This document shows, in pieces, positions 13,394 through 27,030 of a stretch of 64,000 bases of DNA (position 1 is the first letter of the stretch; every line of letters begins with the position of its first letter). The stretch spans positions 23,622,001-23,686,000 of the forward strand of contig OZ024757.1 in assembly GCA_964016885.1 (NCBI GenBank), read 5' to 3'. The notes below the pieces were generated by a model, which made no database searches, was not told the DNA's origin, and was given only the letters and a program-made list of their open reading frames with translations. This DNA comes from Eledone cirrhosa. Lineage: Eukaryota. Made by a program: the position numbers and the translations under genes.

Positions 13394-14811
13394 TGCTACA
13401 ATGAACAAAGCCACCAAAATCAAAATTTAGCAATAAAACATCTTTGAAAATGTTAAAAGAAATATTCAATATTAATTGTTCATTTATGTTTCAAGAGAAA
13501 TATTTGATAAATGATCTATTTTCCATCTAAAAATTACTGATCAAAAGATTTATTCAATAAATTCTGATTAAGTTATATAATGCTTGCAATAGAAAGAAAA
13601 AAAATGAAAAATTAAATAACAAAAGTTGAAAGGAAGAAGAAACAGCAGACTCTACACCCACTGTCTAGGTGGTATATCTAGGTCGTATATCTCAGCCTTC
13701 AGTCAAAATAATAAAGGCATTGCTACAGCGAACAGCCAGCAACACTCACTGCATCAGCCTCTCTACCCCACAGGGATCCTTCCTCAAGCAGGATGGACTC
13801 CTCCCAACTCAGAAAGTAAATATCCCAAAGAAATACCACAATGGCATTTCATCTGTGTTAAGTATATTTAATTTTCAAAGCTAAAGAGCTAAAAGAGTCA
13901 TTGAGAAAGTCATAGAATGTGTGGCAAAAGAGATTTAACAATTAAATATGACAAATAACAATCTAGTTACTAAATTAACCAAGGGATGGATTAGTTACTT
14001 GGTATGGTATGGTCACATAACTCCTAATGGAGTTGGAGGAGGGTGCTAGTGACATACGTCATTTCTTGAACATTTATATCTAGAGGAGCCCATCTCTCCA
14101 GGTTTGAATACAGCAGATTTCTTCCAGAGAAGGATAGAGAGAGAGTGGGTGGGTGAGAGAGTGGGTGGGTGAGAGAGTGGGTGGGTGAGAGAGTGGGTGA
14201 GAGAGCAAAAGTGAGAATGAGATATAGAGGAAGAATCAACCTCAGTACTAGACTGGTACTTTTTTTTATCACCCTCAAAAGGATGAAAGGCAAAATTGAC
14301 CTACACGGGATTTGAACTGAGAGGACTGAGAGCCAAAACAAATACCACAAAGCATTCTATCTGACATTCTAACAACTCTACCAAATCGCCATCTATGATA
14401 TAATATATATTCTGAAATTCTGTCTTAGAATTATTGTGAATTAGAACACCTAACAAGAGTGTTTGTAAACCAAACTAAACCCCACCTCCAAGCATTAAAG
14501 CTAGAACAGAAAGCTGGAACAAATACTGCAAAGCATTCTATCCAATGTTCTAATGCCTGCCAATTCCTCACTTTAAAATACAGTAAAAGAAATGTTTTTT
14601 TTTCCCTTTTTTTTATCATTTTTTGATACCATACTGCCTGAAACCACCCCTGGTTCTATGATGCAGAACTACTCATTATAACCCTTTCATAACCATATTT
14701 CTAATGGAAGATAATGCCTATGGGTATACATGTGTGACTGCCAAATTTGCAGCATTAGTTATTTAACTAATACTAAAACTGGAGTGAAACTCAACTGGAG
14801 TGAAACTCAAC

Positions 14812-14856
<45 letters not shown>

Positions 14857-15827
14857 GGTTGGCCACATCATCCTCCCAAAATATAGCAATTTATAGTAAT
14901 AGAGAGCAATGTTAGTTTTTTTTCATTAGAAATATAGAAATGAAAGGTTTAACATCAAATACTACACAGTAGTCACTGTCGGTTGAAGTTAAATGAACCG
15001 TATCAGCGTCGTTGTAACAGTAGTTAAATCTTTTTGTTTGTTTGTTGGAGTTTGTTGGAGTTTTTTTTTTTTTTTTTTTTTTTTGTTAATTTTTTTTCAA
15101 TTTCATCATATGAAAGATTACTTTGTCTTGCAATGTTTAAGAAGGAATTTTAATTGCTATAATACTTTACTAGTTGCTTTCTCTTCTCTTCTTTTTCTCA
15201 GTTATTAAATATATTAGACGAGAAAATACTTTGATGGGTTTCTGTCTTATTTTATATATTTTGTTGTAGTTTATTTTATTTTATTTATCTAAATATGTTG
15301 TTGATTTTTTTTTTCTTGAATGGATGGCTAAAATATTATTGAATTGTATTGGCAGGAGGTAAAGTGTGTATGCGTGTTTCTGTGTGGAGTCTTTATGTGG
15401 TGTGTGTGTGTGTGTGTGTGCGGAGTCTTTATGTGGTGTGTGTGTGTGTGTGTTTATGTGTGGAGTCTTTATGTGGTGTGTGTGTGTGTGTGCGTCTTTA
15501 TGTGTGGAGTCTTTATGTGGTGTGTGTGTTTATGTGTGCAGTCTATGTGGTGTGTGTGTGTGTTTATATGTGGTGTCTATGTGGTGTGTGTGTGTGTTTA
15601 TATGTGGAGTGTATGTGGTGTGTGTGTGTGTGTTTATATGTGGAGTCTATGTGGTGTGTGTGTGTGTGTTTATGTGGAGTCTTTGTGGTGTGTATGTGTA
15701 TATGTGTGTTTGTATGTGGAGTCTTTGTGGGTTGTGTGTGTGTGTATGTGGGTTGTGTGTGTGAGGTGTAGGATCTGTCACGCACCACCTTTTCCTATCT
15801 AATTAACCTCCAAATGGCTGGAGACCC

Positions 15828-16832
15828 AGGAGCTCGACTCATAGCAACCAGGAGCTCGACTCATAGCAACCAGGAGCTCGACTCATAGCAACCATGAGCT
15901 CGACTCATAGCAACCATGAGCTCGACTCATAGCAACCATGAGCTCGACTCATAGCAACCATGAGCTCGACTCATAGCAACCATGAGCTCGACTCATAGCA
16001 ACCTGGAGCTCGACTCATAGCAACCTGGAGCTCGACTCATAGCAACCTGGAGCTCGACTCATAGCAACCTAGAGCTCGACTCATAGCAACCTGGAGCTCG
16101 ACTCATAGCAACCTGGAGCTCGACTCATAGCAACCTGGAGCTCGACTCATAGCAACCTGGAGCTCGACTCATAGCAACCTGGAGCTCGACTCATAGCAAC
16201 CTGGAGCTCGACTCATAGCAACCTGGAGCTCGACTCATAGCAACCTGGAGCTCGACTCATAGCAACCTGGAGCTCGACTCATAGCAACCTGGAGCTCGAC
16301 TCATAGCAACCTGGAGCTCGACTCATAGCAACCTGGAGCTCGACTCATAGCAACCTGGAGCTCGACTCATAGCAACCTGGAGCTCGACTCATAGCAACCT
16401 GGAGCTCGACTCATAGCAACCTGGAGCTCGACTCATAGCAACCTGGAGCTCGACTCATAGCAACCTGGAGCTCGACTCATAGCAACCTGGAGCTCGACTC
16501 ATAGCAACCTGGAGCTCGACTCATAGCAACCTGGAGCTCGACTCATAGCAACCTGGAGCTCGACTCATAGCAACCTGGAGCTCGACTCATAGCAACCTGG
16601 AGCTCGACTCATAGCAACCTGGAGCTCGACTCATAGCAACCTGGAGCTCGACTCATAGCAACCTGGAGCTCGACTCATAGCAACCTGGAGCTCGACTCAT
16701 AGCAACCAGGAGCTCGACTCATAGCAACCTGGAGCTCGACTCATAGCAACCTGGAGCTCGACTCATAGCAACCAGGAGCTCGACTCATAGCAACCTGGAG
16801 CTCGACTCATAGCAACCTGGAGCTCGACTCAT
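15828..16832. repeat. 22-bp minisatellite (about 45 copies)
   Basis: Unit GGAGCTCGACTCATAGCAACCT; no spacers. Confidence 0.97.
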
Positions 16833-16974
16833 CCCACTGGAGATGGTTGCTTCGAGCAGGACCTGTTGGAAGGAGTGTTTCAGGACTCTGCCACCCCACA
16901 ATCCTGTCAGGAAGAAGTGGGTGAGGGTGGAGGTGGCGGAGGAGGAGCAGGAAAAGGAAGATGTAGACAAATAA

Positions 16975-17943
16975 GAATTGTTTCTAATTTTGGCAAAAAG
17001 CCACCAATTATCCCAGTGCATTACTGGTACTTTATTTTATCGACCACCGTAAGGATTTAAAGGCAAAGTTAACCTTGGCAGGATTTTAACTCAGACTATA
17101 AAGGGATGTAACTCTATGCTGAAAAACATGGCGTCTGACCCTCTACCGATACTGCCAATCCACCACCCTATGAAGACAAATATTAATGATAATAATAATA
17201 ATTGTTTCTACTTTTGGCACAAGGCCAGCAATTTCCCAGTGCATTACTGGTACTTTATTTTATCGACCACCGTAAGGATTTAAAGGCAAAGTTAACCTTG
17301 GCAGGATTTTAACTCAGACTATAAAGGGATGTAACTCTATGCTGAAAAACATGGCGTCTGACCCTCTACCGATACTGCCAATCCACCACCCTATGAAGAC
17401 AAATATTAATGATAATAATAATAATTGTTTCTACTTTTGGCACAAGGCCAGCAATTTCCCAGTGCATTACTGGTACTTTATTTTATCGACCACCGTAAGG
17501 ATTTAAAGGCAAAGTTAACCTTGGCAGGATTTTAACTCAGACTATAAAGGGATGTAACTCTATGCTGAAAAACATGGCGTCTGACCCTCTACCGATACTG
17601 CCAATCCACCACCCTATGAAGACAAATATTAATGATAATAATAATAATTGTTTCTACTTTTGGCACAAGGCCAGCAATTTCCCAGTGCATTACTGGTACT
17701 TTATTTTATCGACCACCGTAAGGATTTAAAGGCAAAGTTAACCTTGGCAGGATTTTAACTCAGACTATAAAGGGGTGTAACTCTATGCTGAAAAACATGG
17801 CGTCTGACCCTCTACCGATACTGCCAATCCACCACCCTATGAAGACAAATATTAATGATAATAATAATAATTGTTTCTACTTTTGGCACAAGGCCAGCAA
17901 TTTCCCAGTGTATTACTGGTACTTTATTTTATCAACCCCATAA
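16975..17943 (-). repeat. Tandem array of SINE-B (unit about 223 bp, about 4.3 near-identical copies)
   Basis: cccagtgcattactgg recurs at about 17012, 17235, 17458 and 17682, with a 1-mismatch copy at about 17904. Confidence 0.9.
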
Positions 17944-19146
17944 GAAGAAGAAGAAAATGAAGAAAATGATGATGGCGAAGAAGATGAAGAAAAGATGATG
18001 ATGATGATGATGAAGTAAAGATGATGATGAAGAAAAGATGATGATGAAGAAGAAAAGATGATGATGATGATGAAAAGATGATGAAGAAAAGATAATGATG
18101 ATGAAGAAAAGATGATGATGATGAAGAAGAAATGATGATGATGATGAAGAAGAAAAGATGATGATGAAGAAAAGATGATGATGATGATGATGAAGTAAAG
18201 ATGATGATGAAGAAAAGATGATGATGAAGAAGAAAAGATGATGATGATGATGAAAAGATGATGAAGAAGAAAAGATGATGATGAAGAAAAGATGATGATG
18301 ATGATGAAGTAAAGATGATGATGATGAAGAAAAGATGATGATGAAGAAATTATGATGATGAAGAAATGATGATGATGATGAAATGATGATGATGATGAAG
18401 AAAAGATGATGATGATGAAGAAAAGATGATGATGATGAAGAAATGATGATGATGATGAAGAAATGATGATGATGAAGAAATGATGATGATGATGAAGAAA
18501 AGATGATGATGATGAAGAAAAGATGATGATGATGAAGAAAAGATGATGATGATGAAGAAAAGATGATGATGATGAAGAAATGATGATGATGATGAAGAAA
18601 TGATGATGATGATGAAGAAATGATGATGATGAAGAAATGATGATGATGATGAAGAAAAGATGATGATGATGAGGAAGAAAAGATGATGATGATGATGAAG
18701 AAATGATGATGATGAAGAAATGATGATGAAGAAAATATGATGATGAAGAAAAGATGATGATGATGAAATGATGATGATGATGAAGAAATGATGATGATGA
18801 TGAAGAAATGATGATGATGATGAAGAAATGATGATGATGATGAAGAAAAGATGATGATGATGAAGAAAAGATGATGATGATGAAGAAATGATGATGATGA
18901 AGAAATGATGATGAAGAAAAGATGATGATGAAGAAAAGATGATGATGATGAAATGATGATGATGATGAAGAAATTATGATGATGATGAAGTAAAGATGAT
19001 GATGATGATGAAGTAAAGAAGATGATAATGATGAAAATATGATAACGATGAAGAAAAGATAATGACGATGAAGAAAAGATAATGATGATGAAGAAAAGAT
19101 AATGATGGCGAAGAACTGATGATGAAGAAGAAAAGAAGGTGATGAC
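17944..19146. repeat. (GAT/GAA)n purine-rich cryptic repeat
   Basis: Runs of GAT interrupted by GAAGAAAA. Confidence 0.95.
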
Positions 19147-19429
19147 AAAGATAGATGATATCTAATGTTATTATCAACTTTATAATGTTTCTTATTTGCA
19201 ATTCAACAAATACATTGGGAGGGGGGTTATTTTGTTGTTTTTTAATTTATTTTTATTTTATTTTTTACTCAGATTTAATTCTAATTAAATTGCTGTCATC
19301 AAAGAAAGCTTATTATGTAGGAAACATAGAAAAATATTTTAATCAATTAGAAAATTGGTAAAATATCGAGAATATCTTGATATTGGGAAATTACAATTTA
19401 TTTAAAACTACTCAATTTCGTTTATATTT

Positions 19430-19962
19430 TATGTATGAGTGAGTATGTGAGTGTATGTATATATATAGAGATATAGACAGAGATACATAGATAAATATAC
19501 ATACATATTCATGCATACATGCATAAATGAGTGAGTATGTGAGTGTATATATATAGAGAGATTTAGACAGATACATACATAAATATACATACATATACAT
19601 GCATACATGAGTGAGTATGTGAGTGTATATATATATAGATAGATATACATATAGACAGAAACATACATAAATATACATACATACACATATAGGTATACAT
19701 ACATAAACACAGATACATACATACATAAATAAATACATACATATATACATACATAACATACATACATAACATACATACATAACATACATACATAACATCC
19801 ATAGAGATATAGACAGACAGACACAAAAATAGACTTACAGACATATATATATAAAAATACATACACATGTAGATATACATACAAATACAGACATACATGC
19901 GTACATATATAAATATAGACATACACATATATAGATTGACATATATATATATATATATATAG

Positions 19963-19993
<31 letters not shown>

Positions 19994-20051
19994 CATACAT
20001 ATATATAGATAGACATACGCATATATAGATAGACATACGCATATATAGATA

Positions 20052-20091
<40 letters not shown>

Positions 20092-20852
20092 TATATATAT
20101 GTATATAGATAGACATACATATATATATATAGATAGACATACATATATATAGATAGTCATATATATATAGATAGTCATATATATATAGATAGTCATATAT
20201 ATATAGATAGTCATATATATATAGATAGTCATATATATATAGATAGACATACATATATATAGATAGTCATATATATATAGATAGTCATATATATATAGAT
20301 AGACATACATATATATAGATAGTCATATATATATAGATAGTCATATATATATAGATAGACATACATATATATAGATAGTCATATATATATAGATAGTCAT
20401 ATATATATAGATAGTCATATATATATAGATAGTCATATATATATAGATAGACATACATATATATAGATAGTCATATATATATAGATAGACATAGACATAT
20501 ATATATAGATAGACATACATATATAGATATATATATAGATAGACATAGACATATATATATATAGACACATGAAGCGCCCGGGGCCCGCCTCGCTGCAATA
20601 CGCCTGCACCTGGGCGCAGTCCGTGAAGTTGGGCGGGGCAACGCCCGTCTCCACCGGGCTCACGGCCATCTCATTGCTGCTGATGGACGTATATATATAT
20701 ATATACATATATATATAGATAGACATACATATATATATAGATAGACCTATATATATATATAGATAAACATATATATATAGATAGATAAACATATATATAT
20801 AGATAGATATACATATATATATATAGATATATATATATATATATATATATAG

Positions 20853-20891
<39 letters not shown>

Positions 20892-21065
20892 TATATATAG
20901 ACATACATATATATATAGATAGACATACATATATATATATATATAAATAGATATATATACACACACAGGCATACATACATACAATCATACACAGATATTG
21001 TCCTACATACATATACACTAACATAGATATACATACATACTTGTTTAGATCGACATACATGCACA
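19430..21065. repeat. Compound (TA)/(GATA)/(CATA) microsatellite field
   Basis: Direct inspection; includes an approximately 18-bp higher-order unit at 20150-20480. Confidence 0.9.
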
Positions 21066-21461
21066 CAAATAAACAATCATAATCATCATCATCACCGTTT
21101 TACGTCCATTCTTCCACGCTAGCATGGGTTAGACGGGTTGTCCTGTTGTGTGCAGTGTCTGGTCGGCTGACCTTGTCTTGCGTATATGGGAACTGATTCT
21201 GGCTTGATTTCTACAGCTGGATGCTCCTCCTAACACCAACCTCATTTACATATATATATATATATACATACATACATACATTCATACATACATACACATA
21301 CATACACACCATACATGAAACCGAATAACAACATTGAGTCAACATGTTCAACAATAAAAAGATCAGCAGCCATCTCACCCAAGTTTATGAACATCGACCC
21401 CCCCCCCCCACGGGTACAAGCCGAAGCTGAAGCATATAGACAATATGCCCCCACACCCTCC

Positions 21462-22375
21462 CACTGCAAAGTGGACATGTAGGCACCACGGAAAAAAGCA
21501 CCCAGCCCACACTGTGAAGTGGACATGTAGGCACCACGGAAAAAAGCACCCAGCCCACACTGTAAAGTGGACATGTAGGCACCACGGAAAAAAGCACCCA
21601 GCCCACACTGCAAAGTGGACATGTAGGCACCACGGAAAAAAGCACCCAGCCCACACTGTGAAGTGGACATGTAGGCACCACGGAAAAAAGCACCCAGCCC
21701 ACACTGTAAAGTGGACATGTAGGCACCACGGAAAAAAGCACCCAGCCCACACTGTAAAGTGGACATGTAGGCACCACGGAAAAAAGCACCCAGCCCACAC
21801 TGTGAAGTGGACATGTAGGCACCACGGAAAAAAGCACCCAGCCCACACTGTAAAGTGGACATGTAGGCACCACGGAAAAAAGCACCCAGCCCACACTGTA
21901 AAGTGGACATGTAGGCACCACGGAAAAAAGCACCCAGCCCACACTGTAAAGTGGACATGTAGGCACCACGGAAAAAAGCACCCAGCCCACACTGTAAAGT
22001 GGACATGTAGGCACCACGGAAAAAAGCACCCAGCCCACACTGCAAAGTGGACATGTAGGCACCACGGAAAAAAGCACCCAGCCCACACTGTGAAGTGGAC
22101 ATGTAGGCACCACGGAAAAAAGCACCCAGCCCACACTGTAAAGTGGACATGTAGGCACCACGGAAAAAAGCACCCAGCCCACACTGTAAAGTGGACATGT
22201 AGGCACCACGGAAAAAAGCACCCAGCCCACACTGTGAAGTGGACATGTAGGCACCACGGAAAAAAGCACCCAGCCCACACTGTAAAGTGGACATGTAGGC
22301 ACCACGGAAACAAGCACCCAGCCCACACTGCAAAGTGGACATGTAGGCACCACGGAAAAAAGCACCCAGCACTCA
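21462..22375 (+). repeat. 48-bp minisatellite (about 19 copies) amplified from the SINE-A body
   Basis: Unit gcccacactgtaaagtggacatgtaggcaccacggaaaaaagcaccca; runs directly into the SINE 3' part to about 22540. Confidence 0.95.
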
Positions 22376-23454
22376 CTGTAAATGAGGTTGGTGTTAGGAA
22401 GGGCATCCAGCTGTAGAAATCAAGCCAGAATTCAGTTCCCATATGGGCAAGACATGGTCAGACGACCGGACACTGCCCACAACAGGACAACCCGTCTAAC
22501 CCATGCTTGCGTGGAAGAACGAACATAAAACGATGATGATGGACAATACTATTAGGACAGACATTGATCTAGAAGAGAGACATGAAATATAACCCGATAC
22601 AAATCTCTCTCATAGGAACATTGGAGAACTCCAAATAGACTGAGGAGGTTGTACACGGCTACGTCAGACGAAAAACACAAACCATCATCATCATCATCAA
22701 CGTTTAACATCCGTGTTCCACGCTTGCATGGGTTTGGACGGGGGTTTTCCCACTTGAGGCAAGAGTGGTTGTCTTGCTCGCATAGGACTGTCTGGCGGGT
22801 TTTCTACAGCTGGATGCCCTTCCTAACACCAACCACATTTACAGTGTGGGGCTGGGAGGTTTTTACCGTGTTGCCTACACGGCTACACGGGCGGAGGTGG
22901 TGAGAGCTGACCTCAGATCACTGAAGCTCACAGAGGAGATGACGAAGGACCGTGGCGAATGGAGAGATGTTGAATAGGATCTGTCCCACCCTTGCAAGCA
23001 GGGAAAAGCGGTAAAATGATGATAATGAATTGTGGTAATGATATAATAGTAATGATATAATGATATAAACCATAGAGAGGATAAACAATATTAAAAGCCT
23101 GATATGGAGTTCCAGCAAGTTCATAACACCCCCGTTTTCCCTCCTTTACCCCCAAAATATATTGGCTTTGTGCCTAACTAAATTAGCAATCATTTTTATC
23201 ACAACTGTTACCATTATTATATCATTACTACAGGGCGGTGGATTGGCAGTATCGGTAGAGGGTCGGACACTATGCTTTGACGCATAGAGTTACGCCCGTT
23301 GCCATTCTGAGTTCAAATCGTGCCAAGGTTAACTTTGCCTTTCATCCTTACAGGGTCGATAAAATAAAGTACCAGTAATGTACTGGGTAATTGCTGGCCT
23401 TGTGCCAAAAGTAGAAACAATTATTATATCATTACTATTATATCATTACCACAA

Positions 23455-24120
23455 TTCATTATCATCATTTTACAGCTTTTCCCTGCTTGCAAGGGTGGGA
23501 CAGATCCTATTCAACATCTCTCCATTCGCCACGGTCCTTCGTCATCTCCGCTGTGAGCTTCAGTGATCTGAGGTCAGCTCTCACCACCTCCGCCCATGAT
23601 TTTTGTGGTCTTCCTCTACTGCATCTTCCTTCTGCTGGGATTTCTCGGCACTTCTTTACCCAGCAGTCATTCTCCATGTGCATCACATGTCCATACCAAC
23701 ACACTCTACAGTTATATCCCTCTTATACAGTTTCTTTCTCAACTCATCTATGCTTGGTTGTTCACGCACATTGACATTGCACATCCACCATAGCATGCTT
23801 GCTTTATTTCTCCCCAGCCATCACATATCCTCCTCAGTTGCTGCCCATGTCTCACTACCATGCAGCATCGCACAGCTCACACAGGCATCATATAATCAGC
23901 CTTTCATTCGTAGGGAGAAACCTTTCTTTATCAACTCAACAGAAGAATCAGCTCCCTAAACTTCTTCCATCCTGTCCTGATTCTAGATACTATGGCCTTG
24001 GAGCACCCTCCTCCCTTGCTAATCTGATCACATAGGTGCCGGAAGCTATCAACCACCTCTATAGATCCTACCTCCCTTTGAAAAATTGTGTCTATCACTG
24101 CGACTTCTACTGTCAAATTT
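23455..24120 (-). pseudogene. RTE-clade LINE 3' fragment
   Basis: VVDSFRHL...SRIRTGWKKFREL and WYGHVMHM...GRPQKSWAEVV...DRGEWR, with a (GAT)n-type tail. Confidence 0.85.
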
Positions 24121-24574
24121 CCATGAACATCATTATTACTGTTATGGTGGATTTACAGTATTGGTAGAGCATCAGGCACCATGTTTTACAGCAATCATGG
24201 GCAACCTGCAGCCAGCAAAGCTTTCTGATTTTTTTGCACCAACTTTTCAGTGGCAATTTATCTTTCTATTATTTTTACGGTCGAGAAAAACAATGTCTAC
24301 AAATTCTGAAGAAACAAATCAAAACAACCAGAGTTACCACCCTTTTTTTTAATGTGGGCATGAATGTAAATTAGCACTTGTGGCCTGACTGATGATGAGC
24401 GGCCCGCTTCTCGAAAAAGGTTGCCCTGCTTTACAGCATAGAGTTGTGGCCCTTTATATTCTGAGTTCAAATCCCACCGAGGTTAACTTTGCCTTTCATC
24501 CTTATGGGGTCAATAAAATAAAGCACCAGTAATACACTGGAGTAATTATTGGCCTTGTGCCAAAAGTAGAAACA

Positions 24575-25920
24575 ATTATTACTATTACATCATTACCACT
24601 ATTACATCATTACCACTATTACATCATTACCACTATTACATCATTACCACTATTACATCATTACCACTATTACATCATTACCACTATTACATCATTACCA
24701 CTATTACATCATTACCACTATTACACCATTACCACGGGTATATCATTACCACTATTACATCATTACCACTGGTATATCATTACCTCTATTACATCATTAC
24801 CACTATTGCATCATTACCACTATTGCATCATTACCACTATTACATCAATACTGCTATTACATCATTACCACTGGTATATCATTACCACTGGTATATCATT
24901 ACCTCTGTTATATCATTACTATATTATTACCACCATTATAAGGGCAGTGAATTGGCAGTATCGGTAGAGGGTCGGACATGCTTTCCAGCATAGTTACGTC
25001 CCTTTACGTTCTGAGTTCAAATCCCGCCGAGGCTAACTTTGCCTTTCATCCTTACGGGGTCGATAAAATAAAGTACTAGTAATGTACTGGGTAATTGCTG
25101 GCCTTGTGCCAAAAGTAGAAACAATTATTACCACCATTATATCATTACCACCATTATATCATTACTATATCATTACCACCATTATATCATTACTATATCA
25201 TTACCGCCATTATATCATTACTATATCACTACCACCATTATATCATTACTATATCATTACCACCATTATATCATTACTATATCATTACCACCAGTATATC
25301 ATTACTATATCATTACCGCCATTATATCATTACTATATCATTACCACCATTATATCATTACTATATCATTATCACCATTATATCATTACTATATCATTAC
25401 CACCGTTATATCATTACTATATCATTACCACCATTATATCATTACTATATCATTTCCACCATTATATCATTACTATATCATTACCACCATTATATCATTA
25501 CTATATCATTACCACCATTATATCATTACTATATCATTACCACCATTATATCATTACTATATCATTACCACCATTATAACATTACTATATCATTCCCACC
25601 ATTATATCATTACTATATCATTACCACCATTATATCATTACTATATCTTTACCACCATTATATCATTACTATATCCTTACCACCATTATATCGTTACTAT
25701 ATCATTATCACCATTATATCATTACTATATCATTACCACCATTATATCATTACCACCATTATATCATTACTATATCATTACCACCATTATATCATTACTA
25801 TATCATTACCACCATTATATCATTACTATATCATTACCACCATTATATCATTACTATTATATCATTACCACCATTATATCATTACTATTATATCATTATT
25901 ACTATGGTATCATTACCACC
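24575..25920. repeat. ATT/ATC/ACC-based short tandem repeats extending from SINE-B tails
   Basis: cattaccactattacat-type units, interrupted by a SINE-B at about 24940-25130. Confidence 0.9.
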
Positions 25921-26129
25921 TTTTTACATGCTCCTTCCAATGGATTGAGGGTATTATCATTATCATGTCCTTCCTCGGGATTGATCTTAATTCCTCTCAA
26001 CTCTAATTTTAGTCAAGATGGTGGACCACATCCAGTGGGCTTAGGTATCAGGACATGTTTCCTTCTTTTTAGTTTATAATCCAATAACTTTCATCTTATC
26101 CTAACCATTTCAAACAAACAAGGTATTTT

Positions 26130-27030
26130 TCTATAGAGGTTTAGTGATGGGCAAAAATGACAATGTTCTTGGGAAAACTCTTAGGGGGTCAATGAAAATC
26201 AACAGTTCAGGTCCCATGGATAACTTCCAGAAATCTCTTGCCTGGCAGTACTACCGAGGAAGTTCCAAGAAACTCTACACTCGTGGAAATGCCATCAGCC
26301 GGTCCTGTCCGAGATGCACTGAGGGTGATGACAAAACCATCCTGCACACACTCGTTGAGTGTCTGAGCATTGCTGACTTGTAGGTTTATTTTCAACACTT
26401 GCTTTCACATGTGGAGCAGATCCAACAATCAATTGAATCCATTGTGAAGGTCACTCCACCATTTTTCTCTAGAGGGGAAAGACAAGCAGTGTTTATTCAT
26501 CTGGTGGCCAATGCAAAAGGGTTTGTGAGGTGGACGTGCTTGAAATGGTTGAAAACAAGGACTTTCCTCTTCAGCAAAGCCCTAATTAACTTTTTCAGGG
26601 TTCACCTGAAGAGAAAACTCAGCGTGGAGAGGGAAATACTGCCTTCCAACCAGTTTGTGAAAAGGTGAGTGGGGAAAGGTGAACATAGTCTGGGCTTGCT
26701 CTGAGTATGTGCCTGTAAATTGGAGGAGGACAACAGAGAGGGCACTGGCCCTAGCGGCCAAGGTTACTGTGGCGTTTTGTGGGCTTTCTCCATAAGTGAT
26801 CCTTTTAGGGAATTTGTTACGTTTTGTGTTTTTAAATGTTTATTCTTTATAAACCTTTCCCTCACACAAAAACCCCCATACTGTACCATCCTGCACAGTC
26901 TTTATTGTCCTCTTAATATAAGCCCTGTGGGGTTAATAAAGAAACTATTATAATTTTTATTATTATTATTATTATTATTACTATTATTATTATTATTATT
27001 ATTACTATTATCGTCATTATTATTATTACT
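26130..27030 (+). pseudogene. 5'-truncated, decayed Tx1-type LINE (ORF2 C-terminus, 3' UTR, (ATT)n tail)
   Basis: Peptides GPMDNFQKSLAWQYYRG, CPRC and INFFRVHLKRKLSVEREIL align with the ORF2 C-terminus. Stops are present. Ends AATAAAGAAAC then (ATT)n. Confidence 0.9.

Noticed and set aside
13626-13884. Unique, moderately GC-rich stretch with two short ORFs
   Set aside because: No recognisable domain, splice pair or RNA family; needs a database search.
15828-16832. CRISPR-like array
   Set aside because: Contiguous identical units with no unique spacers, no cas genes, and a eukaryotic context.
17913-19148. 411-aa His/Ser/Ile/Phe-rich ORF
   Set aside because: Translation of an (ATC/TTC)n repeat; composition cycles with frame slips.
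21242-22442. Four ORFs of 320-376 aa with 16-aa repeats
   Set aside because: By-product of a 48-bp SINE-derived minisatellite, open on both strands.
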